DNA of 43,144 nucleotides, taken from Candidatus Ratteibacteria bacterium (GTDB lineage Bacteria; Ratteibacteria; UBA8468; B48-G9; JAFGKM01). The stretch lies in contig JBKBIN010000009.1 in the NCBI GenBank assembly GCA_046296715.1, positions 1 through 43,144 on the forward strand, read 5' to 3'. The notes under the pieces were generated by a model. It did no database searches, had not been told where the DNA came from, and saw nothing but the letters and a program-made list of their open reading frames with translations. This document shows, one piece after another, positions 9,138-19,183 of this stretch. Positions within the stretch are counted from its first letter, which is position 1. The number at the start of each line of letters is the position of its first letter. Made by a program: the position numbers and the translations under genes.

Positions 9138-10448
9138 ATGGAAAAAGAAGTTTATAAGTTGTGGGATATAGTCCTTAAAAATATTGAAGAAAAGATAAAT
9201 AATTCAAGAACTTATGATTTATGGATAAAGCCAGTTAAACTTTTAGATATATATGAAAACAGAATGAAAATAGAAATCCCAAATTCAAGTTTTGAAAAGA
9301 ACTTTTTGCCATATGTAGAAATTTTAAAAGAAGAAGTTAAAAAAATTTTTGGTTTTAATCCTGATTTTGAAATTGTTTATTCTATAGATTTACCTTCAGA
9401 AATAAAAGAAGATTTTTTTGAAATACCCTTAAATCCTGAATATACTTTTGAAAATTTTATAGTTGGACCATGTAATCGTCTCGCCCATGCTGCAAGTGTT
9501 GCAGTTGCTCAATCCCCAGGAGTTGCCTATAATCCTCTTTTTTTATATGGAGGAGTTGGTCTTGGAAAGACACATTTAATGCAGGCAATTGGTCATTTCG
9601 TAAAAGAAAAAAGTAATGCAAAGATTGCATATATACCATCAGAATATTTTGTTAATGAATTTGTTACAAGTATAAAAAATAAAACAACTCACTTATTTAG
9701 AAATAAATTTAGAAATCTTGATTATCTTTTAATAGATGATATTCATTTTATTGCAGGAAAAGAAGGAACCCAAGAAGAATTTTTCCACACCTTTAATTTC
9801 TTATATGATAAAAGAAAACAAATTATTCTTTCAAGCGATAAACCACCAAAAGAAATCAAATTTCTTGAAAAACGACTTGTTTCAAGATTTGAATGGGGGC
9901 TTATTGTGGACTTACAAGTCCCTGACTTTGAAACAAGAGTTGCAATAATAAAGAAAAAGAGTGAATTAAGGAAGTTAATCCTTTCTGACGAACTTGTTTT
10001 TTATATTGCAGAAAAAATAAAAGAAAATATAAGGCTGATAGAGGGAGTTTTAAATGGGATTATAGCAAATATGAATTTACTTAATAGAGAACTTAATAAA
10101 AATTTAATAGATGAGATTATTGAAGGAGTATATAGTTCAGAAAAAAAGGAAAAAAGGTATACAAATATAAAGCAAATAATGAATGCAGTTTGTGAATATT
10201 TTGGTTTAAATCCAGAAGAAATAAAAAGTAAAAAAAGAATTAAAAATATTATTCTTCCAAGACAAATAGCAATGTATCTTGGAAGAGAATTAACAAATAC
10301 TTCTTTAAATTCAATTGCTTCTGAATTTGGAGGAAAAGATCACACAACTGTTTTACACGCTTATAAGAAAGTTAAAGAGTTAATGGAGAAAGATAAAAGT
10401 TTAAAAGATACAGTTGAGAAAATAAAGGAGAAGATAAATGAACAATAA
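9138..10448 (+). CDS. dnaA: Chromosomal replication initiator DnaA
   Basis: LNPEYTFENF, YNPLFLYGGVGLGKTHL, LLIDDI, QEEFFHTFN, RLVSRFEWGL, PRQIAMYL, FGGKDHTTV. GTG 9129 is an alternative start. Confidence 0.98.
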   Translation: MEKEVYKLWDIVLKNIEEKINNSRTYDLWIKPVKLLDIYENRMKIEIPNSSFEKNFLPYVEILKEEVKKIFGFNPDFEIVYSIDLPSEIKEDFFEIPLNPEYTFENFIVGPCNRLAHAASVAVAQSPGVAYNPLFLYGGVGLGKTHLMQAIGHFVKEKSNAKIAYIPSEYFVNEFVTSIKNKTTHLFRNKFRNLDYLLIDDIHFIAGKEGTQEEFFHTFNFLYDKRKQIILSSDKPPKEIKFLEKRLVSRFEWGLIVDLQVPDFETRVAIIKKKSELRKLILSDELVFYIAEKIKENIRLIEGVLNGIIANMNLLNRELNKNLIDEIIEGVYSSEKKEKRYTNIKQIMNAVCEYFGLNPEEIKSKKRIKNIILPRQIAMYLGRELTNTSLNSIASEFGGKDHTTVLHAYKKVKELMEKDKSLKDTVEKIKEKINEQ

Positions 10449-10560
10449 ATTCACAAGTTTTACATATTTTGATTTTTTTATTAACAAGATTTTCAATAAT
10501 TTTTGTTATTTTTCACAAAAAACCGCTTTTACTACTATTATTTTTATAAAAAATAAAAAG
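10449..10560. other. Probable replication origin (oriC) unwinding region
   Basis: Between dnaA and dnaN: DnaA box TTTTTCACA (10509-10517), degenerate boxes (AAATTCACA, TTATTAACA), short GC patch CCGC, then ACTACTATTATT trio-like repeats and an AT tract. Confidence 0.75.
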
Positions 10561-10571
10561 GAGGAATAAAA

Positions 10572-11711
10572 ATGAAAGTTAGTGTTAATAGTGAAATTCT
10601 TAATACTGGTCTTGAATATATTTCAGATGTTTTACCTACAAAACCAACAATGGCAATCTGTGGAGGTATTTTTTTTGAAGGGAAGGATGATAATTTAACT
10701 TTAATAGCAACAGACCTTGAAAATACAATAAAAGTAAACTTAGAATGTGATATAAAAGAAAAAGGTCAATTTGTTATACCTGGAAAACAATTTATTTCTT
10801 TAATGAAACAATTTAAAAATAAAGAATTAAAAATAGAAAAAAAAGAAAAACTCATTAATATAACAGAAGAATCTTCGCAATTTTCTTTTATAGAAATGGA
10901 AACAGAAGATTTTCCTAAACTACCAAAGTTTTCTTCAGATATAACTTTTAAAATAAAAAGTGATACATTAAAAGAAGGTCTTAAAAAAATAATCTTTTGT
11001 ATTGACCCAGAAGAACCAAGACATCAATTTAGAGGAGGTCTTTTGGATATAAAAGGAAATGTTATTAATATGGTAGGAACAGATACAAGAAGATTATCTT
11101 TATTTTCTATTTTATTTGAAACTCCATTCAAAAATAATCAAAAAGTTTTATTATCTTACAATTTTATGAAAAAAATGATAAATTTACTAAACGAGCAAGA
11201 AGTTGAAATTTCAATTGGAAAAAATAATATATCTTTTCAAACTAATTTAACAGTAAAATTAGAAGAAAATAAAGAAAGTTTTGTAAGTATTTTATTTGTT
11301 TCTCAACTTCTTACTGGAGCAGAAGAATTTCCTGACTATGAAAAAGTAATTCCAGATATTAAAAAAACAAAAATTTGTCAAATTAATACTGAAGAATTTT
11401 TATCTGCATTAAAAAGAATATCTCTTTTTACAACAGAAAGGAATAATAAAGTTAAATTAAGTTTTAAAAAAGACTCTTTAATTTTATCTGCTACAGGGGA
11501 AATTGGAGATGCTCAAGAAAAAATTGATATTTCATACAACAACGAAGAAACAGACATTTCTTTTCCGCCAGATTTTTTAATTGATTTTTTAGAAGTTGTA
11601 GAGAAAGATAATTTTATTTTCTCCTTTACTTCTTCATCAAAACCAGTTTTAATGAAACCACAAGAAGATTCAAATTTCTTATATGTTTGTATGCCATTGA
11701 AAACAGAATAA
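10572..11711 (+). CDS. dnaN: DNA polymerase III beta sliding clamp
   Basis: ATDLE, DFPKLP, VGTDTRRL, FPDYEKVIP, C-terminal YVCMP; directly after dnaA with AGGAGG RBS. Confidence 0.96.
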   Translation: MKVSVNSEILNTGLEYISDVLPTKPTMAICGGIFFEGKDDNLTLIATDLENTIKVNLECDIKEKGQFVIPGKQFISLMKQFKNKELKIEKKEKLINITEESSQFSFIEMETEDFPKLPKFSSDITFKIKSDTLKEGLKKIIFCIDPEEPRHQFRGGLLDIKGNVINMVGTDTRRLSLFSILFETPFKNNQKVLLSYNFMKKMINLLNEQEVEISIGKNNISFQTNLTVKLEENKESFVSILFVSQLLTGAEEFPDYEKVIPDIKKTKICQINTEEFLSALKRISLFTTERNNKVKLSFKKDSLILSATGEIGDAQEKIDISYNNEETDISFPPDFLIDFLEVVEKDNFIFSFTSSSKPVLMKPQEDSNFLYVCMPLKTE

Positions 11712-11714
11712 AAT

Positions 11715-11996
11715 ATGGAAATAGAGAGAATTGATAGTGTTTTAAAAAGAGTTTTAAGTAAAGTTGAAACAACTACTGAAAAAGATAGAAATATTGATAT
11801 AACAGTTTTATGGCCAAAAATAATAGATGAAAAAATAAGAGGGAAAAGTTATGTTTTATATGAAAAAAATAGGAAACTTTATGTAAAAGTTGAAGATGGT
11901 TGTTTTTTATCAATTTTAAGAATGAATAAAGGGAAAATACTCAAAAAATTACAAAATTTAGGTTTTAATTATTATGATATAATATTTTTAATTTGA
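11715..11996 (+). CDS. dciA: DciA/DUF721-family protein
   Basis: 93 aa after dnaN; pattern I..VL...WPKII.....S......KLYVKV......L....KIL.KL...I.F. Confidence 0.7.
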   Translation: MEIERIDSVLKRVLSKVETTTEKDRNIDITVLWPKIIDEKIRGKSYVLYEKNRKLYVKVEDGCFLSILRMNKGKILKKLQNLGFNYYDIIFLI

Positions 11997-12031
11997 GAAT
12001 TATTATGATATAATATTTTTAATTTGAGAAT
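11967..12031 (+). repeat. Exact 31-bp tandem duplication containing an extended -10 (TGATATAAT)
   Basis: AATTATTATGATATAATATTTTTAATTTGAG at 11967-11997 and 11998-12028, plus AAT. Confidence 0.95.
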
Positions 12032-12041
12032 GGAGGTTTTT

Positions 12042-12917
12042 ATGTTTAAAGGAGCAATCGTTGCTATTGTAACACCAATTAAAGAAAATAAGATTGATTA
12101 TGAGAGTTATAAAAAACTTATTGATTTTCAAATAAAGAATAAAACAAATGGTATTTTAGTAACTGGATGTACTGGAGAACCTGCAACATTAAGTTATGAA
12201 GAACATAAGGAAATAATTAAATTCACTGTTGAATACGTAAATAAAAAAGTTCCTGTTATTGCTGGGACAGGGTCAAATAATACAATTGAAGCAATAGAGT
12301 TGACTGAATATGCTGAAAAAGTAAATGCAGATGCAGCACTTTTAATAACTCCTTATTATAACAAGCCCACACAAAAAGGACTCTTTTTACATTATAAAGA
12401 AGTCTCAAAATCTGTTTCTATTCCTTTAATTCTTTACAATGTTCCTTCAAGAACTGGTATTTCAATTTCACCTGAGGTAGTTGCAGAACTTTCTGAAATA
12501 AAAAATATTGTTGGTATAAAAGAAGCAAGTGGTTCTCTTGACCAGGTTAGCAAAATTATTACTCTTGTAAAAAAAGATGATTTTGTTGTTCTTTCAGGAG
12601 ACGATTCTTTAACATTGCCAATTATGGCTGTTGGGGGGAAAGGAGTTGTTTCAGTTGCTTCAAATATAGTTCCACTTGAAGTTTCACAAATGGTTGAATA
12701 TGCTTTAAAAAATGATTATGAAAATGCAAGAAAAATACATCTTAAACTATTCCCTATTTTTAAAATCCTTTTTATAGAAACAAATCCAATACCAGTAAAG
12801 ACCTGTCTTTCTTTAATGGGTATGATTAATCCTGAATGGCGACTTCCTTTATGTGGACCAACCGATGATAGCATAGAGAAAATAAAGAAGACATTAAAGG
12901 AGTTTGGACTAATATGA
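12042..12917 (+). CDS. dapA: 4-hydroxy-tetrahydrodipicolinate synthase
   Basis: AIVTP, GCTGE, IAGTGSN, PYYNKP, LYNVPSRTG, GIKEASG, LSGDD, ETNPIPVK; ATG 12042 after GGAGG. Confidence 0.97.
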   Translation: MFKGAIVAIVTPIKENKIDYESYKKLIDFQIKNKTNGILVTGCTGEPATLSYEEHKEIIKFTVEYVNKKVPVIAGTGSNNTIEAIELTEYAEKVNADAALLITPYYNKPTQKGLFLHYKEVSKSVSIPLILYNVPSRTGISISPEVVAELSEIKNIVGIKEASGSLDQVSKIITLVKKDDFVVLSGDDSLTLPIMAVGGKGVVSVASNIVPLEVSQMVEYALKNDYENARKIHLKLFPIFKILFIETNPIPVKTCLSLMGMINPEWRLPLCGPTDDSIEKIKKTLKEFGLI

Positions 12918-13756
12918 TATTCAAAAGAAAAAAATATATTGAAATATCGCCAAAAGAAAAAATTGAAGTAAAAAAGGAATTGTGGATAAAATGTGAAAAG
13001 TGTGGGAAGTTGATTTATAGAAAAAAACTTGAAGAAAATTTAAAGGTATGTCCTGAATGTAATTTCCATTTTAGAATGACAGCAAAAGAAAGAATAGATT
13101 CAATTATAGACCAAGGAACTTTTTCAGAAAAGTGGGAAAATCTATTATCAAACGACCCATTAAATTTTGTAGGAGTTAAGTCATATAAGGAAAAACTTGA
13201 GGAAGAGATAAGGAATACAGGGATGAAAGAGGCAATAGTAACAGGCACTGGCGAAATTGGGAAAATTCCTGTTGCTATAAGTGTTCTTGACTCTCATTTT
13301 ATTATGGGAAGTATGGGTTCTGTTGTTGGAGAAAAATTTACAAGATTATGTGAATTTGCTATTGAAAAAGGATTGCCAGTTATTTCTTTTTCAGGAGGTG
13401 GTGGAGGAGCAAGAATGTATGAAGGAGTTGTTTCTTTGATGCAGATGGCAAAAACTGCAGCTGCTGTTGGTAAGTTAAAAAAGCATGGAATTCTTTATAT
13501 TTCTGTTTTGACAGATCCTACAATGGGTGGAGTTGCTGCAAGTTTTGCTTTTCTTGGAGATATTATAATTGCTGAACCTAAAGCATTAATTGGATTTGCA
13601 GGACCCAGAGTTATAGAACAGACAATTAAACAGAAACTTCCACCTGGTTTTCAAACATCTGAATTTTTATACGAACATGGATTGATTGATATGGTAGTTG
13701 ATAGGAAAAATTTAAAAGATACATTAATCAAAATTTTAAGAATTTTCCATCTATGA
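12914..13756 (+). CDS. accD: Acetyl-CoA carboxylase carboxyltransferase beta subunit
   Basis: LWIKCEKC..VCPEC zinc finger, GSMGSVVGEK, GARMYEG..SLMQMAKT, PTMGGVAASFA, GFAGPRVIEQT. Confidence 0.97.
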   Translation: MIFKRKKYIEISPKEKIEVKKELWIKCEKCGKLIYRKKLEENLKVCPECNFHFRMTAKERIDSIIDQGTFSEKWENLLSNDPLNFVGVKSYKEKLEEEIRNTGMKEAIVTGTGEIGKIPVAISVLDSHFIMGSMGSVVGEKFTRLCEFAIEKGLPVISFSGGGGGARMYEGVVSLMQMAKTAAAVGKLKKHGILYISVLTDPTMGGVAASFAFLGDIIIAEPKALIGFAGPRVIEQTIKQKLPPGFQTSEFLYEHGLIDMVVDRKNLKDTLIKILRIFHL

Positions 13757-15009
13757 ATAAACTCTCTCCTTTGGCATTCCTTGATTCTTTAAGTGATTTT
13801 GGGATTAAACTTGGGCTTGATAAAACAATTTACTATCTTGAAAAACTTAGCAATCCACATAAAAAATTCCCTTCTATCCTTGTTGCAGGAACAAATGGTA
13901 AAGGGTCTGTTTGTAAAAGTTTAAGTAAAATCCTACAATTATCTGGATATAAAGTTGGTCTATATACAAGTCCTCATTTAATTGATGTAAGAGAAAGAAT
14001 AAGAATAAATGAAAAAGAAATAGATCAAGAAGAATTTGTAAAAAAAATTGAGCAATTGCAAAAGATTATAGAAAAACAACCATATCACCTTTATCCAACA
14101 TATTTTGAGGCACTTACAATAATTGCATTTTCCTATTTTTATGATAATAAAATTGATATTCTTGTCTGTGAAGTTGGTATGGGTGGTAGGTTTGATGCAA
14201 CGAATGTTTTGCCTTCTTTTTTAAATATAATAACAAAGATTGGCCTTGACCATACTGAGTTTCTTGGTAAAACATATAAAGAAATAGCAAGTGAAAAAGC
14301 AGGAATAATTAAAGAAAAAACAGTTGTAATAACTGCAAAACAAAAAGAAGATGCGTACGAGATTATAAAGAAAAAAGCAAAGAGACAAAAATGTAAACTT
14401 TTAACTTATGGAATTGATTTTAAAGGCAAAAAAGTGTTATTTTTACCTGAAAAGATGGTTTTTAATTTTTATGGAAAAGAAACATTTAAAAATTTAGAAA
14501 CAGACCTTATTGGAATGCATCAGATTGAAAATTTATCAATTGCAATTCAGGCAGCAATTACTCTAAAAGAAAAAGGATACAGAATCAAGGAGGAAAATAT
14601 AAGAGAAGGACTTAAAAATATAAACTGGCCTGCAAGGTTTCAAATTCTTCAAAAAGATCCATATATTATTTTTGATGGAGCACATAATCCAGATGGAGTT
14701 AAAAACTTAATGAAAAATTTAAAAAAGATATTTCCAAATAAAAAATTTTCATTTCTTGTAGGGATTTTGAAAGATAAGGATTATGAGAAAATGGTAAGAA
14801 TTTTTGAGAAATATACAGATAGAATAATTTTTACAAAACCAAATTCAGAAAGGGCAATTGATCCAAAAATTTTAAAGGGACTTTTAAAAGATAGGAAAAA
14901 AGTAGAGATAATTGAAAACCCATCAGATGCTTATAACTACATAAAAAGAACAAGAGAAAATTGGTTAATTTTTGGTTCTCTTTACCTTGCCTCAGATATA
15001 CTTAATTAA
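13753..15009 (+). CDS. folC: Folylpolyglutamate synthase/dihydrofolate synthase
   Basis: VAGTNGKGS, YTSPHL, EVGMGGRFDATN, IGLDH, EKAGII, DGAHN, FGSLYL. Confidence 0.96.
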   Translation: MNKLSPLAFLDSLSDFGIKLGLDKTIYYLEKLSNPHKKFPSILVAGTNGKGSVCKSLSKILQLSGYKVGLYTSPHLIDVRERIRINEKEIDQEEFVKKIEQLQKIIEKQPYHLYPTYFEALTIIAFSYFYDNKIDILVCEVGMGGRFDATNVLPSFLNIITKIGLDHTEFLGKTYKEIASEKAGIIKEKTVVITAKQKEDAYEIIKKKAKRQKCKLLTYGIDFKGKKVLFLPEKMVFNFYGKETFKNLETDLIGMHQIENLSIAIQAAITLKEKGYRIKEENIREGLKNINWPARFQILQKDPYIIFDGAHNPDGVKNLMKNLKKIFPNKKFSFLVGILKDKDYEKMVRIFEKYTDRIIFTKPNSERAIDPKILKGLLKDRKKVEIIENPSDAYNYIKRTRENWLIFGSLYLASDILN

Positions 15010-18000
15010 TAATAAGAAAGATTACGCAATCTTATTGTTAAATTTTTAACAGGGACTAACTCTGTAAGGTCGAGGGTTTTCTTTGCCATTTCTATTGCAA
15101 TCCCCTTTATTTTTACAGGATAAACTAAATTCTTGCCCTGTCCTCCGGTGACAACCCATTGTCCTGAAACTCCACCAGGTACCATTTTATCGTAATCAAG
15201 AGGCGAATCTTTTGTAATCGGAAATTGTATAAAACACCATCCATCAAAGTTTATTGATGCTATACTTGGCCAATCATGTATGTCACAACCCCATCCTCCT
15301 GTGCCGCAAGAGAGAAAAGTTTTCCCTTCCGCATCTTCTATTTCAAACATAACTCTTCCCCAACTTGAATTCCCTTTTACCCAAACACCAATAGTTGTTG
15401 GTTTTCCTTCAATAATAACAGGATTTTTTAATCTTAAAATTGTGTATTCATTTACAATATCTGCAAGTTTATTATTTGGGATCAACTCTAATTCTAAACA
15501 TTTTCCCATCTCTGAATCCACAACTTCTCTTAAAACATAATTGCCACATGTTCGCAAAGGAAGATGTCCTCTTTCTGGGACTTCTAAACGATTATCTTTT
15601 TCTTTTAGTATTTCCCATTCTGCAAGATTATTCATTCTATTTGCTATTTTTGCTTTTTCAAATGCTTTATTTTCAGAAAATTTTCTTTCTCCTGCTTGAA
15701 TTTCAATAATTGAAAAGTTACTAATAATGTATTGAACATCTGTTCTTGCGTCCAATTTTAATTCATAGTTTTTAAGTTGAAATAATTTTTTTCTACCATA
15801 CAGGTCTTCAACAGCGACTTCTCCATCTTTTTCAAATCTTATTTTTGTTTCACAAATACCTCTTGGTACCCAAATGGCATATATAAATTGAGAATTTCTT
15901 TTAAATTCTAAAGCATAAAGAGTAAAAGATCCTGTTGGAACTCTACGGATAAACAACGCTCCATCTAGGATTCTTGTTAAATTTGATATTGCGACATAGA
16001 CCGGTTTAGGGTACAAAAGTGGATATCTTTTTAAAAAACCTCCTCCACCCCATAAAGTTTGATAATAACAGTTACCAACATCATAAAGAAGCCCAAGTGA
16101 AATAGTCGGGAATTTGTATGCAAGTGCAATTAAGCCATCCCTGACAAACCATTCAGCGTGTATTTTTTCGCCTAAAATTCTTGCCTGTCTTGTAATCCAT
16201 TCATAACATGAGGTTACAGGTATTTCATAACCAAACTTTCTTCCTGTTTCTCTTACAAACCATGCTGCCTGAGTTCCTCCTTCAATAAGTTTTTCTGGCA
16301 TCCATGTTTGACCCGCTGCTTCTATTCCAAAGTAATCAATGTTTTCTCGTGGGTATCCTCTTTTGAAGAACTCTGCAACTAAATCTGAAACTGAATTACA
16401 GTTCCCAAAAACAATTTTTATTTCCGGAAATTTCTCTCTTAAAACTTTTGTTGCCATAGATGCTATTTTAATAAGTCCCTCTATCTCTTTATTCTTTTTT
16501 TCATCTATTGGTTGTGGCTTTGTGCAATATAATTCAGATGGTATAAAATTACCTCCATAACTTTCATGAAAGACGATTGCATATTTACAATTAGGCCACT
16601 TCTCAAGATAGGATTTAACCCAATCTTCATAGTTTTTATACTGAATTTCCAAGTTGCTTTCAATTTTCCACCCGTTCCACCATGGAATCTGAAACAGGGT
16701 TACTTTCCATTTACTCATAGATTGTTCTGAGAGATTACCATGCCATGCAGGAGAAAAAATAGAATGTCTTAAGCCGGCTTTTAGAAAAATAGGGCCTATA
16801 ATTTCAGGGTCAGCTGTTCCTAAATGTGCTCCTCCAAACCACCATGTTCCAAAAGGCGATTCATAACCAGATTTCCTTGTATCATCAGGGAGTATTGCGA
16901 AAGAGGCAGGATGTTCAATCAAAATTCTTTTTTTTGTATCTAAAAGGCGGATTTTTATACTATACCAGCCATTCTCTTTAGAGTGAAGAGGAATAATCAA
17001 TGTTTCTGTTTTTATATCTTCAAAAAATATTTCCCTTTGCCCATATGATACAAGATTTTTGTCTATGTCATTTATTTCCCATATCAAAAAATATTTCTCA
17101 TTCCTTTTCTTTGGGAAAAGATTTACAAACATTTCTGGCTTTTCTTTTTTTTCATAAATGTTCCCTATCTGTGCTGGTAAGACCTTCATCATAATAGGTG
17201 TCTTTTCCAGTGTTATGGCAAAAATATGAACTCCACTTATAATATCATTCGCTGGCTTCCGAGTAAAGTCCCATTGAGTGGTAATTTCTCCTGTCTTACC
17301 TAATATTTCAAAATCAAGATAATTTGGTTGAGGCAACATTCCATTAAAGTAGTCCCCTCCCATATTATAAATTAAATCCTGTATTTCTCCAATTTTAAGA
17401 AAGACCTCTATAAAATATAATGGGGCTTTTTTTTCATTCCCTTTATTATCAATGTATGTTATAGTTCCAATTTTTTTAATATTTTCTTTAAGTTTTTCAC
17501 CTTCCTTTGGGATATAAACAGTTGTATCTGCTATTGCATCTCCACGACCTTGAATATGATAACGGGTTAATCTTGTCGTGAAAACAGGTTCTTTATTAAA
17601 AGTTTCTTCAACAGAACATAAAACATATACTCTTATGTACTGATCAAGGGGCACTGAATAATGGAGAAATTCGGGTAATCCATCAAAAGGAGTTCTGCTT
17701 AAATATAAATCAATCTCATAATGTGTTTTTGAATAGTTTTTTACATTACCTAAATCAAAATTCTCACCATTGCCAATTATAAAAGGGACTCCATTAACAT
17801 AAGTAATCCCAGATTTGAATGGTATTTTGACACTTTTCATTATACCAGGGTTAGAATGAGTAGTTATGTCCAATAATAAAAAATTTGAATCAACAATCTC
17901 AGTTTCACATTTACACTCCTTTATTTCTGCATCCTCATTTGCTTTAAAAATTACTTTTTTTAATCTTGCCTTTATCTCATTAAAACCTACATAATTTCCA

Positions 18001-18422
18001 TTTATCCAGAATTCTATTCTTGAATTATTAATCTTTTTTATAACAAATGGGAAAAATACTTCACTTGCAGAAGATAGATTTTTCCAGTTTCTTAATATTT
18101 CATTTTTCCTATCTCCTAATTCATAAAATTTAAGATTTGGTCTTACAAAGTATTTAATTTTAAATTCTGGGAATTCTATAAAAGCATCTATTTGTTCTCC
18201 AATTCCCCCTGAATAAGCGTTAATAATTGTTTTTATCCCATCCTCATATAATAAAGTTATTGTTATTCCGGGTTTTTGTGTTCCTACTTTTAATAATGCC
18301 TTTATTTCACAATTTCCTTCAGGGACAGATAATTCCATTTCTTTGTTGCCCTCACCAGCATTTAAAAAAAAGACAAACAATTGAAATTGAAGTATCAGAA
18401 AAAATATATAAATTTTTTTCAT
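15006..18422 (-). CDS. Large secreted multidomain protein, putative clan-A-like glycoside hydrolase with carbohydrate-binding-like domains
   Basis: Signal peptide; Ig-like segment then SPFG..TIM-barrel-like region ending YPKPVYVA (GH39/GH5-like layout); C-terminal WVKGNSSW..EIEDAEG..INFDGW beta-sandwich motif. Family not assignable by eye. Confidence 0.55.
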   Translation of the reverse strand: MKKIYIFFLILQFQLFVFFLNAGEGNKEMELSVPEGNCEIKALLKVGTQKPGITITLLYEDGIKTIINAYSGGIGEQIDAFIEFPEFKIKYFVRPNLKFYELGDRKNEILRNWKNLSSASEVFFPFVIKKINNSRIEFWINGNYVGFNEIKARLKKVIFKANEDAEIKECKCETEIVDSNFLLLDITTHSNPGIMKSVKIPFKSGITYVNGVPFIIGNGENFDLGNVKNYSKTHYEIDLYLSRTPFDGLPEFLHYSVPLDQYIRVYVLCSVEETFNKEPVFTTRLTRYHIQGRGDAIADTTVYIPKEGEKLKENIKKIGTITYIDNKGNEKKAPLYFIEVFLKIGEIQDLIYNMGGDYFNGMLPQPNYLDFEILGKTGEITTQWDFTRKPANDIISGVHIFAITLEKTPIMMKVLPAQIGNIYEKKEKPEMFVNLFPKKRNEKYFLIWEINDIDKNLVSYGQREIFFEDIKTETLIIPLHSKENGWYSIKIRLLDTKKRILIEHPASFAILPDDTRKSGYESPFGTWWFGGAHLGTADPEIIGPIFLKAGLRHSIFSPAWHGNLSEQSMSKWKVTLFQIPWWNGWKIESNLEIQYKNYEDWVKSYLEKWPNCKYAIVFHESYGGNFIPSELYCTKPQPIDEKKNKEIEGLIKIASMATKVLREKFPEIKIVFGNCNSVSDLVAEFFKRGYPRENIDYFGIEAAGQTWMPEKLIEGGTQAAWFVRETGRKFGYEIPVTSCYEWITRQARILGEKIHAEWFVRDGLIALAYKFPTISLGLLYDVGNCYYQTLWGGGGFLKRYPLLYPKPVYVAISNLTRILDGALFIRRVPTGSFTLYALEFKRNSQFIYAIWVPRGICETKIRFEKDGEVAVEDLYGRKKLFQLKNYELKLDARTDVQYIISNFSIIEIQAGERKFSENKAFEKAKIANRMNNLAEWEILKEKDNRLEVPERGHLPLRTCGNYVLREVVDSEMGKCLELELIPNNKLADIVNEYTILRLKNPVIIEGKPTTIGVWVKGNSSWGRVMFEIEDAEGKTFLSCGTGGWGCDIHDWPSIASINFDGWCFIQFPITKDSPLDYDKMVPGGVSGQWVVTGGQGKNLVYPVKIKGIAIEMAKKTLDLTELVPVKNLTIRLRNLSYY

Positions 18423-18474
18423 GTAAATCCTCCTTGTATATATATTAAAAAAATAACATTCAATGGATAACTAA

Positions 18475-19125
18475 CTAATCCTGTTCTGGTGTCCAGAAAC
18501 ATATATTTTCATAAGGATTGTTAGAAAAAGATGGTTTGTCTATCTCATTTCGTTTATAAGAGTTCACATGTCCATCTACCCATAATACATTCAAAAAAGG
18601 ACCATGACGACTTTCAGGGATAGAGTAGCCCGCGTTAAAAGCCCAAGGGAAGGCCCATGGATTTATCGATTCAATTACACAGATAGTTCGTGTTGGGTCC
18701 TGTACTATGCTTATTTGTTTGAATGCTCTTTGTGCAACAGGACCATCAATAACAGCATATCCAAGATAAGCGTTGTATCCATAAGTACATTCATAGCCAA
18801 ACCAGAAAGGTGGTTTTCTAACAGAGGGACAAAGATAAACCTTTTTATTCTTATGATAGGGATAAAGAACATCTAACCAGGAAGGTCCACTTGGAGCAGA
18901 TGCTGAATACACTGTAGCAGGCATATATTCGTCATTATCTTGAACATACATAAGGAAAGCCTGACCAATTTGTTTTAAATTATTCATACAAGTTGCCTGT
19001 CTTGCTTTTTCTCTTGCCTTACTTAATGCTGGTAAAAGCAATGCTGCAAGAATCGCAATTATCGCAACTACAACAAGCAACTCTATTAATGTGAAGCCAT
19101 ATGGTTTTGAAAATTTTTGTTTCAT
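18475..19125 (-). CDS. Prepilin-type N-terminal / H-X9-DG (DUF1559-like) protein
   Basis: [60 protein letters not shown]. Confidence 0.92.
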   Translation of the reverse strand: MKQKFSKPYGFTLIELLVVVAIIAILAALLLPALSKAREKARQATCMNNLKQIGQAFLMYVQDNDEYMPATVYSASAPSGPSWLDVLYPYHKNKKVYLCPSVRKPPFWFGYECTYGYNAYLGYAVIDGPVAQRAFKQISIVQDPTRTICVIESINPWAFPWAFNAGYSIPESRHGPFLNVLWVDGHVNSYKRNEIDKPSFSNNPYENICFWTPEQD

Positions 19126-19183
19126 GCTGCACCTCCTTTGAAATTTAATCTATATAAAATCATATTTTTCTTCTTTTTAACTT

